Origin: an uncultured Chloroflexia bacterium
GTDB lineage: Bacteria; Chloroflexota; Anaerolineae; CG2-30-64-16
NCBI GenBank assembly: GCA_963774265.1
Contig: CAVZDU010000007.1
Coordinates: forward strand, 480,001 to 544,000
DNA: 64,000 nt
Direction: 5' to 3'
Part shown: in pieces, positions 49,873 to 61,543 of the stretch
Numbering within the stretch: the stretch's first letter is position 1
Layout of the letters: the number at the start of each line of letters is the position of its first letter
Notes under the pieces: generated by a model
What the model was told of the DNA's origin: nothing
What the model saw: only the letters and a program-made list of their open reading frames with translations
The model's database searches: none
Translations under genes and position numbers: made by a program

Positions 49873-52800
49873 ATGGCGCGGGAACTGCAGGTCCGCTGTC
49901 TGGGTCGGCTCAGCCTTCATTGCCGGGATGCTCCTGAGGCTGCTGCCACTGAACTCCCTTTGCCTGCCACCCTCAAGGCACAGTCGCTGCTGGCCTACCT
50001 GGTCGTGAACCGGCAGGACTCCCACACCCGGGACCACCTGGCCGGGCTCTTCTGGGGCGATCGGCCGGAGCGCAATGCCCGCCGCTCCCTCGCCACCGCG
50101 CTCTGGCAGATCCGCCGCTGCCTGCCGGGCGATGACTTCATTCTCGCGGATGCCACCGATGTTCAGTTCAGCCCCCACAGCACTTTCTGGCTGGACGCGG
50201 CGGAGTTCGAGCATCTGCTTCGAACCCGCGCGTTCCCTGACCATATCTCAGCGCTGCAGCAGGCCGTCGAGCTGTATCGCGGCGCCTTCCTGGATGGCTT
50301 TTACGACGATTGGGTGCTGAGCGAGCGCTACCGGCTGGAGAACCTGTACTGCGACGCGCTGGCGCGGTTGATGGCTGCGCAGGAGGCGCTGGGAGCGCAC
50401 GCGGCGGTGCTGGCCGTTGCGCTTCGGCTGCTGGATCAGGACCCCCTGGCTGAGGACGCGCACCGGGCGGCCATGGCCGCGTACTGCCGGTTGGGACAAC
50501 GTCACGCGGCCCTGGCCCAGTATGCGCGCTGCCAGCAGGCGCTGGAGACGGAGCTGGGGGTCGCGCCCATGGCCGAGACCCTGGCGCTGCGCCAGGCGAT
50601 CGTGGAAGGCCGCCTGGCGAGCGAGCCGGGGCTGACGGCCGCGACCCTGCCGGTCGAACCGCCGTACCGGGAGCCCGGCCGGCACCCCCTCGACGCCGGT
50701 GCGCAGGCGCCCCTGGTCGGCCGGGAGCAGGAGCTGGCGTTCCTGGCCGACGGCTGGCAGGCCGCGCTGCGCGGCGGGATCAGCCTGCTGCTTGTCAGCG
50801 GTGAGGCCGGCGTGGGCAAAACCCGGCTGGTGGGGGAATTTGCGGATCAGCAGCGCTGGCAAGGCGTGCGGGTCCTGCAGGGCCGCTGCTACGAGTTCGA
50901 GCGGCTGTTGCCCTACCAGCCGATCGCCGAGGCGCTGAAATCCCTGCCGCCGGCCGCGATCGATTCCGTTCCCGCCTGGGCCAGGCGGCAGCTGGTGCGC
51001 CTGGCGCCCGCTCTCTTCGGGCAGGAACCCGAGGCGGCTGGGCCGGCCTCCCCGCAGGGGGGCGAGACGCAGGAGCGGCTGTTCGAAGCGGCCTCTTTGT
51101 TCCTGGCCCACCTTGCGGCGCAGCAACCGCTGCTGCTGGTGCTCGAAGACCTGCATTGGGCCGCGGATTCGACCCTGCAACTGCTGCATTACCTGGCGCG
51201 GGCCCTGGCCGGCCAGCCTCTGCTGATCGTGGGCGCCCTGAGGACAGAGGCGGTCTCGGCCGCGCATCCCCTGGCCACGCTCGGTCGGCGGCTGGAGCGG
51301 GACGGGCTGGCGCGGCGCCTGGAACTGGCCTGCCTGTCTGCGGACGCGGTGGCGTCGCTGATCGGCCGCATGTCGGGCGAGGGTGAAGCCGCCAGACCGC
51401 TGGCCGATCGCCTGTACCGGGAAACGGAGGGCAATCCCTTCTACCTGATCCAGACCCTCAAAGCCCTGTTCGAGCAGGGCGCCATCCGCATGGAAGGGGG
51501 GACCTGGCAGGCGGATTACGCGGCCCTGGGCCGGGCCCAGCTGCCGTTGCCTGCCGGTGTGAGCGAGATGATCGCGGCACGCGTGGGGCGCTTGAGCGAA
51601 GCGGCCCAGGACGCCGTGCGGGTGGCTGCGGTGGCAGGCCGGGAGTTCGACTTCGACCTGTTGAACGCTGCATGGGGCAAGGGGGAGGAGGCCACGTTTG
51701 CGGCCCTGGATGACCTGCTGCGCCACCGGCTGATCGGCGAGGCCGCTGGGGGCGCGGACTACGCCTTCACGCACCACAAGATCCAGGAGGCGGTGGTCGA
51801 GGGGCTGCCCCGCCATCACCGCCTCTACCTGCACGGGCAGGTAGGGCTGGCGATGGAGCGCTGGCTCGGCGCGGAGGCCGGCGCCAGGGCCGGAGAGCTG
51901 GCCTTTCACTTCGAGCAGGCCCGGCAGGTGGACGGGAGGCTGACGGACAAGGCGCTCGGCTACCTGCAGCAGGCTGGGCGCCAGGCCGAGCGGCAGTCGG
52001 CCAACCAGGAGGCGCTCGGCTACTATCGTCGCGGCCTGGACATGCTCCACACCCTGCCTGAGACGCCCGAACACTTGCAGCAGGCGATCGAGCTGCAAAT
52101 GGCCCTGACCGTGCCCACGACGGTCGTCCACGGTTACGCCTCTCCTGAAACGAGACGGGTGTACGATCGGGCCAGCGAGCTGTGCCGCAAGCGGGGGACA
52201 CGCCCGCGCTCTTTACGGTTCTCCTGGGGCTCGGACGGTACTACGGCGTGGCAGGCGATATGGCGACGGCGCTGGAGCTCGGGAGACAGGTCCTTGCCAT
52301 CGCGGCAGGCCTCCGGGGATGCCGCCTGGCTGATAGAAGCCTACCGATCCATGGGCGGCCCTTTGTTTGGCCAGGGCAGGCTGCGGGAAGCGCGGGCGTT
52401 CTTCGAGAAAGGCGCGGCCCTCTACGACCCGGCGGACCACGAGCGCCATGCTTACCGCTTCGGCCATGATCCGGCCGCCGTGTGTCATGGCTACTTGAGC
52501 CTGACGCTGAGGCTGCTGGGCTATCCCGACCAGGCAGCCAGCCAGGGCCAGCGCCTGCGCGGCCTGATCCCGTCCTTTTCCCATCCCACGAGCCTGGCTT
52601 ACACCCATTGTTTCCTCGCGATGAGCGCTTGCCTGCGCCGTGATGCTCCGGGCGCCGGCCACGACGCGGAGGAAGCCATCAGAATCGGGCAATCTCATGG
52701 ACTGCCGAGTTGGACGGCCCTGGCCGGGGTGCTGCGCGGCTGGGCGCTGGTCGAGCAGGGCCAGGAGGCCGAGGGATTGGCACAGTTGAGGGAGGGCGTC

Positions 52801-53236
52801 ACCGCGTGGCGAGCCATCGGGTTCGAGCACTTCGCGCCCTTCTGCCTGGCCCTCCAGGCGGACGCCTGCCTGAAGGCGCACCGGTTGCGAGAGGCCGCCG
52901 CCGCCCTGGCTGCTGCCAGGACCATCGTGCAGCGTGGCGCGGACCTCTACTGGATGGCAGAGGTGGACCGGCTGCAGGGGGAGTTGGCGGAGAGCCAGGG
53001 CAAAGACGGCGGGGAGGCAGAGGCCCACTTCCGCCGGGCGCTGGCAACAGCCCGCGGGCAGGAAGCCACTATGCTGGAGCTGCGCGCGGCTATGAGCCTG
53101 GCCCGGCTATGGCGCGGCCAGGGCGAGAGTCGCGGCTGCGCGGCAGATACTGGCCGAGGTCTACAGCCGGTTCGATGAAGGCTTCGAGACACCTGATCTA
53201 CAGGCAGCGAGAAAACTGTTGGAAGAGCTCACGTGA
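49873..53236 (+). CDS. SARP/BTAD-STAND ATPase-TPR transcriptional regulator, frameshift near the end
   Basis: wHTH LLAYLV...LAGLFW; BTAD YRGAFLDG; Walker A GEAGVGKT; Walker B LVLEDLHWAD; ELRAAMSLARL...FDEGFETPDL. Confidence 0.9.
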
Positions 53237-53260
53237 GTCCACTCGAAAGGAGAGAACCCT

Positions 53261-53677
53261 ATGTCGTCGCAGGAGAACAAGGCCTTGGTGCGACGCTTCG
53301 TCGAGGAAGTGCAGTGCCAGCACAACCTGGCCGCGCTGGACGAACTGTGCAGCCCGGATTTCGTTGACCATAGCGGCACGACAAATCTGCCGGGTGTGGA
53401 AGGCACACGCCGGTTCTTCACCATGATGTTCGCCGCCTTCCCGGACATGCACTTCACCATCCGCCAGCAAATCGCCGAAGGCGACAAAGTGCTGACGTAC
53501 AAGACGTTCCACGGCACGCACCTGGGGACGTTCATGGGCATTCCAGCCACGGGCCGGGCAGTCACCATCGACGTCATGGACATCCTGACGGTGACCGACG
53601 GCAAGATCACCGAGCACTGGACCGTGAGCGACATGCTCGGCATGCTGCAGCAGCTCGGCGTCGTGCCGGGGCCGTAA
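53261..53677 (+). CDS. SnoaL-like ester cyclase family protein
   Basis: ENKALVRRF, AFPD, IAEGDKV, GTH.G.FMGIPATGR, DGKITEHW. Confidence 0.92.
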   Translation: MSSQENKALVRRFVEEVQCQHNLAALDELCSPDFVDHSGTTNLPGVEGTRRFFTMMFAAFPDMHFTIRQQIAEGDKVLTYKTFHGTHLGTFMGIPATGRAVTIDVMDILTVTDGKITEHWTVSDMLGMLQQLGVVPGP

Positions 53678-53783
53678 CTAGGTCGTCCGCTGCAGGTCGC
53701 CGGCTTTCCAGCAGCCGGCGACCCTTTATGGCGCTTCCCGCCGCCCAGGACAACGACGTCTGGATCGACGGGAAGCTTTTTGT

Positions 53784-53815
53784 TTGACACTTTTTTGACA
53801 CCCCCGGCGTATGCT
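53784..53815 (+). promoter_or_regulatory. SARP-type promoter
   Basis: TTGACAC twice at 11-bp period (53784, 53795), then 8 bp, then TATGCT. Confidence 0.65.
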
Positions 53816-53898
53816 GGCTAGCAGTCGTGTCCAACATGGGCGCTGGAACGACGCAACTTTACCCAGCCCCACCGTCCACTCACGAAGGGAGGTTCATC

Positions 53899-54882
53899 AT
53901 GAAACGCTCGGTCCTCGTGTGTGCACTGGCTCTGGTGCTCGTGCTGCCCAGCCTGGCCGCGGCCAGTGGCCCGGTCACCTGGATGCAGACCTACAACCCG
54001 GCTGTTGGCTGAGTTTCCCGAGGGCATTGCCATCGACAAACAGGGCGATGTCTTCGTCTCCCTGGCACCACTGGGACAGATCCGTATGATCAACCCCGAC
54101 GGCACGGAAACGCTCTTCTACCAGGTTCCCCGCAGGCGCTCAGCTGCTCGGCCTGGCGGTCGACGCTCCTGGTAGTGTCTACGCAGACGTGTTTACCGGA
54201 GGAACCAATGATGCCGTTCAAGGGGTTTGGCGCATTAGCCGGGATGGAAGCTCAGCCTCGCAGCTGCCGGGAACCGAAAGCGTCTTCCTGCCCAATGGCC
54301 TGGCCTTTGACAAGCGGGGCAACCTGTACGTCACCGACTCCTATGTTTTGGGCTCTATACCACCTGCCGGCGCCATCTGGCGTATTGATCGCGAAACGGC
54401 GAACGTCGACACTCTGGCTGCAGGACTGGGCTATCCTGGGTGGCCTGGGCGGGGTTCCCGGCTATCCGCCCCTGGGGGCTAATGGCATCGCCTTCGGCGA
54501 CGACGGCCTCTATGTGGCAAGCACGGAGCGGGGCCTGATCGTCGCATGTCCCGGTGTTGCCAGACGGCAAGCCTGGCGACCGAGCGTCGTCGCGCAGGCC
54601 CCGTCACTCCGCATGATCGATGGGATCGCTCTGGATGTTCATGGCGACAATCTACGCGGCCCTCATTGGCCAGGACCGCGTCGTGGCGGTCGATCCTGCC
54701 ACCGGCGGTGTCACGAGCTGGCAGGGCCGGGGAGGGCGTCGACGGACCGGCGAGCCTGGCCTTTGGAACCGGAACGTGGGGAGCGCAAGAACCTCTACTT
54801 CACCAACTACGCCATCTTCACGCAGGCTCACCCAGGGGTCTTGAAGATGGAGGTAGAGATGCCGGGACTGCCGCTGCCGTAA
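53899..54882 (+). CDS. Secreted SMP-30/gluconolactonase-like beta-propeller, frameshifted
   Basis: Signal peptide; EFPEGIAID..G, PNGLAFD.RGNLYVTDS, GANGIAF, DGIALD, LYFTN. Confidence 0.82.
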
Positions 54883-54979
54883 GGGGCCAGAGGCGCCATG
54901 CCCAGCTTCGACGGCACGCTGACCAGGTGAAGCCCGCCCGCTCAGCAGCAGCCGTGGGTGAAAGCAAGGTGAAAGCCTG

Positions 54980-55219
54980 ATGGACCAGCTCTCCGCGGAG
55001 ACAACAACGGCCACAACCTTCGTCGTGCGCTTCTGGCGCGAATGGTCGGGCGCGGAGTCGCGCTCGGCGCGGCCGGGTCGAGCACGTGCAGAGCGGTCAA
55101 GGGGCGAGCTTTCTGGAGCTCGGAGGCCTGCTCAGGTTCCTCGAGCAGTTCGGCATCTGTGCCGGAGCAGATCCGGCCACAAGACAAGAAAGCAGGGAGG
55201 TCTACAATGTTGTTCGTAG
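54980..55219 (+). CDS. Small hypothetical protein, frameshifted, end uncertain
   Basis: TFVVRFWRE...RVEHVQSGQGASFLELGGLLRFLEQ; resembles 57307-57567. Confidence 0.6.
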   Translation: MDQLSAETTTATTFVVRFWREWSGAESRSARPGRARAERSRGELSGARRPAQVPRAVRHLCRSRSGHKTRKQGGLQCCS

Positions 55220-55488
55220 CGCTGGGGAAAGCCAGAGGGGGCAACCAGAAAGAGAGGATCGCCCGGAGAATGGCATGGCAGTCACCGCAACTTCCGGGGG
55301 CGGAAGTGGTGGCTGAGTACTGGCTCCATACAGACGACCCGCACCTGATTGTGGTTTTCAAAGCCGAGCATATCGGCCAAATGTGGGCTGCATTCGGTGA
55401 TTGGGACGATCTCCTTCAGATCTCCGTTTACCCGGCGATCTCGGCCGAAGAGGGGCTTGAGGTCCTGAAGCAGATGTTGCCACAGTAA
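55207..55488 (+). CDS. GYD/DUF3303-like small ferredoxin-fold protein
   Basis: GAEVVAEYW...VVFKAE...ISVYPAISAEEGL; GGGAGG RBS. Confidence 0.7.
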   Translation: MLFVALGKARGGNQKERIARRMAWQSPQLPGAEVVAEYWLHTDDPHLIVVFKAEHIGQMWAAFGDWDDLLQISVYPAISAEEGLEVLKQMLPQ

Positions 55489-55545
55489 CTCAGCTGCCGC
55501 AGGAGATCGATCGACTCTTTAGGCCAGCACTCAGGAAACTACCGA

Positions 55546-55590
55546 TTCCCCGACCTGCAGGACGCCGCCGCGTTGATCGGGAACGGCTGA
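55546..55590 (+). pseudogene. C-terminal remnant of a STAND regulator paralog
   Basis: FPDLQDAAALIGNG* vs FPDLQEAVALIGRC* at 61430-61474. Confidence 0.6.
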
Positions 55591-55608
55591 AGGCGCCTCG
55601 CCCGCGCG

Positions 55609-55643
55609 AAGACCTGTCGGGCTTGCAAGGCCCGACAGGTCTT
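55609..55643. repeat. REP-like palindrome / terminator
   Basis: AAGACCTGTCGGG-CTTGCAAGG-CCCGACAGGTCTT. Confidence 0.75.
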
Positions 55644-55674
55644 TTGTTGAACGGCCCGCCCGCGGTGACGAGTA

Positions 55675-57310
55675 TCAGCGCGTGTCTCTGATCGACATGA
55701 ACCCACCGTATACGCCGACGTAGAGGGCTTCGTTCGGCCCGATCGCCAAAGCCGGGTAGAAGCTGTCGAACATGTCGCCGGTGCCCGCCATCTTCTGCCA
55801 GACCGTCTGGCCCGTGCGGAAGTCGAGCGCGGTCCAATAGTACGCATACACGTCGTTCTGGGGGTCCCATGCCCTGGCGACGGTGTAGATCAGCCCGGTC
55901 TTCGTCGACAGCCTGGGCGACGTGGTGGTCGCGACTTCCGAGTTGGTCCAGACCGTCGTGCAGCCCCTCCCGTTCGGATCGACGTCGATGCGTGCGAAGC
56001 CCGGCGCGCTCGCGTTCGAGCATCTGGCCCTCTTTCCAGTCGAACCAGTAGTCGTAGTTGTTCGAGGCGATGAGCGAATTCCGTAAGCCGACGAGCGAGT
56101 TTGAGAGGGCGCCGGGCGTGTTCTCGAACACCGGCTCCTCGCACACGATTCGCTTTTCGGTCTTCTTCAGTCGTTCATCAGTCCGGAACACCACGACCTT
56201 CATCGGAGACGCGTTGTCCGTGATGGCGACGTATTTGCCCTCGCCGAAGATCGTCGGGCTGGTGCCGGAGCCCAGCTCGTACTGCCCGTTCTTTACCTCG
56301 TCGCCGCCGTAGTAGGGCGCGGCCCACACCTGGTACGGTTGGTCGTCAGCGCCCGCCTCAATCCGGTACATGTTCCTCGTGGTCACGACATAGGCCGCTG
56401 CGCTGTCCACGCCGGTCTTCGTCAGCGCGAACGTGTTTCTGATAGCCTCGCCGTCGTCAGGGAGCACGTACCACTTCACGTTTGGCTCCTCATCCGAGTA
56501 CGTCCCGGGGTTCAGCACACCGACCATCGCCGGGTAGGGGCCGATGCCCGCCGTGGTGAGCCAAATCCGTCCCTGCCAGTCCAGCATGACCCCGGCGATG
56601 TCGCTGGTGTCGCCGTTGATGACCTCCGTCAGATTGTACTTATTGACAAGCTCGAATACAGGGCTGTCCTCGGTCCCGCGTTCGGCAAGCGTGACGATCT
56701 GCTGGCCCTTGTTGACGATGGTAAGTTGATCCTGAGCGTCGACATAGGAGTAGACGCTGCCCAGCGCCCGCAAGAAAGCCTGTCTTCCTTGCTGCTTGTA
56801 GGGGTCGCCTTCCGGCACCTCGAGGTGATAGTGGTCCAGCACCTTCAGCGTGTCCGGGTCGGTCAGGACCACGGTCGCCTCGTGAGGGGCAAAGCAAATC
56901 GCGATCGCCCGGCCGTGGCTGTCGACGAGTGTGTTGATGCAGGCGAAGAGCCAGTCCACATCGCCGGGATAGGGCTGGCGCGCTTCTGCCAGCGTCGAGG
57001 AGAGGACGGCCGGGTTGCGGCCCAGCGGGCCGGCAACGTCGGCGGTGTCGCTCATCCACGGGTCGAGGTGACATGAATTGAACCCGTTGGGCGCCAGGAG
57101 TGGGTTCTGTGGCACTCCGGAGTTCGCCGTTGGGTGCGGCTTCGCCGGCGCCCCGATGGTGTCGGGCAGGGCTGTTTCGGGTCCCGGAGGGATCGGTGTG
57201 ACCTCCTCAAGTTGCGGAATGGCGCCGATGGCCGCGCCGGGCAGCATGCTGACGATGAGCAGCGCCAGGACGAGTGCTGAAAGCCTGCCGAACGCACCTT
57301 TGGTCTTCAT
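55675..57310 (-). CDS. Secreted beta-propeller-like hypothetical protein, frameshift near 56015
   Basis: Signal peptide; H.D.WMSD, GSGTSPT, YVAITDNA; ends ALYVGVYGGFMSIRDTR*. Confidence 0.78.
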
Positions 57311-57567
57311 AGTGTTTTCTCCCTTTGCGATTTAGTTGGTTTATGAGCAAACGCGCAAGACGCGAGTTCTGCTTCAAGGTATGCCGCGACATGGTGGAGG
57401 CACGTGAAGGAGCGACGGGCGGCATTGGGCTCTCCATGCTGGACGGTGAAGCGCCAGGCCGCCTCCCCATTGGGCCCGGCTCCTTCCTCCAGCCGGCACC
57501 GCACCAGGAAGCACCGGTAGGGCTGCTGCTTCGTACGGGCTTCAGTTTCGTTGTCAGTAGCCCTCAT
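57307..57567 (-). CDS. Small hypothetical protein
   Basis: YRCFLVRCRLE...WRFTVQH....RRSFTCL..VAAYLE; stop overlaps the start of the next gene. Confidence 0.72.
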   Translation of the reverse strand: MRATDNETEARTKQQPYRCFLVRCRLEEGAGPNGEAAWRFTVQHGEPNAARRSFTCLHHVAAYLEAELASCAFAHKPTKSQREKTL

Positions 57568-57637
57568 GTGTCACTCCAGGTCCCCCCGGGTTTGTTCGGT
57601 GCGATCGATATTCTCGATGCTATGGATACCACAACGC

Positions 57638-57666
57638 CGTGAAAATCGCGTGACAGCACCGTAAGC
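57638..57666 (-). promoter_or_regulatory. Three 11-bp-phased repeats (SARP-type)
   Basis: Plus-strand CGTGAAA 57638, CGTGACA 57649, CGTAAGC 57660. Confidence 0.5.
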
Positions 57667-57751
57667 ACCGATCGCTGATTTTAATTTACCCATTGGCAAC
57701 GAATGCGGCATGTGGTATGATGCCCTTGTCGGGCGTCCTCGGAGCATCCCC

Positions 57752-60700
57752 ATGACAAAGCTTGTCGTGCGTCTGCTGGGCGGCTTTCGCGTCGAACTGG
57801 ACGGCGAAACGGTCTACGGTTTCGAGACGGACAAGGCGCGCGCTCTCCTGGCCTACCTGATCGTGGAGGCGGACCGCCCGCACCGCCGCGAAACCCTGGC
57901 GGGCCTGCTCTGGCCCGACCGGCCCGACGGCCGCGGCGCGCACGAACCTCCGCCAGGCGCTCGCTCCGTGCGGCGGGCACTGGGCGACCGTGGGTCGTGC
58001 GACCCACGGTCGTGCGACCACGGGTCGTCGTTTTTCCTCTTCGTCAACCCCCACCGATGTGCAGTTCAATGCGGCCAGCGACTACAGACTCGACGTGGCG
58101 GAGCTGGAGACGTTCGCCCGCTCAGCCGGCGGCTCCCAGGCCCGCATGCCGATTCGCCACACGCAGCTTCTGCCCGAGGCGTTCTGCGCCGATTTCCTGG
58201 CCGGTTTCGCGGTGCCGGACAGCGAGGCTTTTCAGGGCTGGGTGCTGAGCAAGCAGGAGCACTATCACCGGCTGGCCCTCGAAGTCCTGGACGACCAGAA
58301 CGCGAGCTTCGAGGCGATCGGCGACTACGAGAAGGCGGTGGCGGCCGCGCGGCTGCAGCTCCAGATGGAGCCCTGGCTCGAAGAGGCGCACCGGCGCTGC
58401 ATGCGCGCGCTGGCCCTGGCCGGGCGCCGGGACGAAGCGCTGCACCAGTACGAGTCCTGCTGCCGCGTCCTGGAGGCCGAGCTGGGCGCCGAACCCGCAC
58501 CCAGCACACAGGCCCTCTATGCCGACATTCGGGACGGGCGGCTCGCCGCCGCAGCGCGGCCTTCGCACGCGGTCAGGCGCGAGGCTGAACCGAGACCTGT
58601 CAGGCCTGGCCAGCGCGAGACCGAGCTAACACCTGACAGGCCTGGCCCCAGGCTCGTCGCGCGCGAGGATGAGTTGGGACAGCTCAGCTGCTCACCTGGC
58701 GGCCAGCCTGGCCGGCGAGACGCAGATGGCGTTCGTCAGCGGGGATCGGGGCAGCGGCAAGACGGCATTGCTCGAAGCCTTTGCCGCGGCTGTCCATGGC
58801 GGAGCAGCCCGATCTGCTGGTGGCCGGCGCGCGCTGCAGCCCGGGCGGCAGCCTCGATGCCTTCGCGCCCCTGCGCAAGCTGGCGGAGATGCTCTTCGGC
58901 GACCTCGCCAACGATGTGGCCTGGCGGCTGCATGGTCGCGAGCAGGTAGATCGCCTGCAGCTTGCCACAGGGCTCGCCCTGGCCGCGCTTGAGGAGCATG
59001 GCTTGGGCCTCATCGACACACTCGTTCCCGCCTCCTCTCTTGACCGCAGGGCCAATCTATCCTCTTCAAAGGCGCCTGCAGCGAGACCAGCCTGGTGGGC
59101 GGCCGGCCAGGCCGCACTGGATGACAAACACAAGCAGCACGCCCCTGTTCCACTTTCGCAGGTCGCCCTGTTCGACCAGTTGATCTGCACTCTGGCTGCA
59201 ATCAGCCGAGAGCAGCCCCTGCTGCTGCTCTTCGATGATCTGCAGTGGGTAGACGACGCCACCGCGGCCTTTCTCCTGCACCTCGGCCGTGAACTCAGCG
59301 GCAGCCGCCTGCTCGTCCTCGGCGCATATCGCTCGGCGACCGTCAGCCTGGGCCGCCGCGACCCGGCATCCGGCGAGATCACCCGCCACCCGCTCGCAAT
59401 CGCCATCAATGAGCTGCGCCGCGACAAGGGCGAGATCATCGTAGAACTGGATCGAGCGGACGGCCGTGCGTTCGTCGAGGCCTACGTGGATATCGAGCCC
59501 AACCGGCTCGGCGCGCGTTTTCGGGATGCGCTCTACGCGCAGACGGGTGGTCATGCGCTGTTCACGGTGGAGACGCTGCGCAACCTGCAGGATCGCGGGG
59601 AACTGGTCAAGGACGAGGCGGGGCGCTGGGTCGCGCGGGAGTCGCTCGACTGGGGCAGCCTGCCCGCCCGGGTGGAGGCCGCCATCGCGGAGCGGATCGA
59701 TCGGCTGCCCGGAACGGGAGCGCCGTATCCTCTCAGCCGCCAGCGTGCAAGGCGACGACTTTTCCGGCGAACTGGTGGCCGAGCTCACCGGTGCGGCGAT
59801 CCCCGAGGTTCTCACGTGCCTCAGTGGCAGCCTGGCCCGGCAGCACAGCCTGGTGCGGCCCGAAGGGTTGCAGCGACTGGCGGGCGGGCAGACCTCCACG
59901 TATCGGTTCACGCATCACCTGTTTCAGAAGTATCTCTACGACCAGCTCGATCCGGTCGAGCGGGCGCGTGGCATGGCGCCGTGGCGGGCAGCCTGGACCG
60001 GCAGGCCGGGGCCGACCCGGCGGAGCGCGAACGGTTCGGCGCGCGACTGGCCTGGCATTACGAGGCGGCGGGCTGCCGCTGGAGGCCGCCCGCGCGCTGC
60101 ACGACGCCGGCCGCCAGGCCATGCGGGTGTCGGCCTTCCGCGAGGCCCTCGACCTGTTCGACCACGGGCTGGCGCTGCTCGCGGACGGCGAGCCGGCGTC
60201 GCCGCGGAGCGGACCGAGATCGAGCGGCTGCTGCAGGTCGCCCGGCTGGGCCCGCAGCGCAACCTGGCTGGGACGGGCAGCCTCGCGAGTTGGCGGGCTC
60301 CTTGGCGCGGGCCACCGAAGCCGGGGCGGGCGACACGCAGGGGCGGCCCAAGTTGCTGATGCTCCAGGCGGAAGTAGAATCTCCTCAATGCGAGGGGGCA
60401 GTTCGAGGAGTGCCTCGCCGCGGCGAGCGGATGCTCGCTGAGGCGACGCAGTGGGGTGACGAGGACGTTTGCTGCACTCGCCCACTTGGTTTCGGCCATG
60501 ATCCACCACCTCATGGGCAAGCCGCAGGAAGCGGAGATTCACTTCGACTGGGTCGATCGCCCGGCTGACGCCGGAGCGAGGCGCGGAACTGCGGGCGGCG
60601 ATCGGCTTCGATCGTCACGGCCCCTGCGCTCAGCTTCTCCGCCCTGAACCAGTGGTTCCTGGGATATCCGGAGAAGGCCCTGGCGCGCAGCACCGAGGCG

Positions 60701-61474
60701 CTGACAGAGCGCCCTCGAGCAGAGGGACCTGTACGGGCAGGCGTTCGCCTCCGCGATCGGCTCAACATGACGCTGTTCCTCCTGCGCAGCGATACCGCGG
60801 CGCTGCAAGAGCGGGTCGAGCTGTGCCACCGGCTGTGCCTGGAGCAGGGTTTTGCCTGGTGGCAGGACTACGCGGAGGTCTTCCTCGGGTGGCTGGCGGT
60901 CATGCGTGGGGAGCTGATGCCGTCGCCGGCATCGAGCGATGCGGGGCGCCATCGCCGAATGGCAGGCCAAGGGCATGGCGATCGGCACGGACTGCCTGGT
61001 GGTTGTCCTGGCAGACAGGTGCCTGTCAGCGGCCCGCCGGTGCCGGGCTGCCACTGCTGCGCGATGAGCGCAGCGGGACACGCGCCGCACGACCTGCTGG
61101 CGACCGGACTGGCGGCGATCGACACCCGTGCTCGGGCCGGAGGTTCCGTGCGGGCAGAGCTACCAGGCCGAGCTCCACCGCGTGCGGGGCGAGCTGCTGC
61201 TGGCGCGCGATGGCCTGGCGTGCGACCGAGGAGGCGCTGGCGTGCTTCCAGTCGGGCCATGCAGCTCGGGCAGGATAAGGGCGCGCTCGCCTGGGAGCTG
61301 CGCGCGGCCATGAGCCTGGTGCGCCTGCGGCAGCGCCAGGGTGCGCAGGACCTAGCGGGCACGGCGGAGCTGGCGGAGGCGCGAAGCCGCCTGCGCGGCG
61401 TGTACGCGCGATTTACCGAGGGGTTTGCCTTCCCCGACCTGCAAGAGGCTGTGGCGCTGATTGGAAGGTGCTAG
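57752..61474 (+). CDS. SARP/BTAD-STAND ATPase-TPR transcriptional regulator, multiple frameshifts
   Basis: RLLGGF...KARALLAYL..LAGLLWPD; Walker A GDRGSGKT; Walker B LLFDDLQWVD; ELRAAMSLVRL...FTEGFAFPDL. Confidence 0.88.
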
Positions 61475-61543
61475 ATTTCCGTTCATTCACATCGGAAGAA
61501 GGTGACGAGCTTCATCGGTCTTGCCTCCTGAACCGGCGCAACG

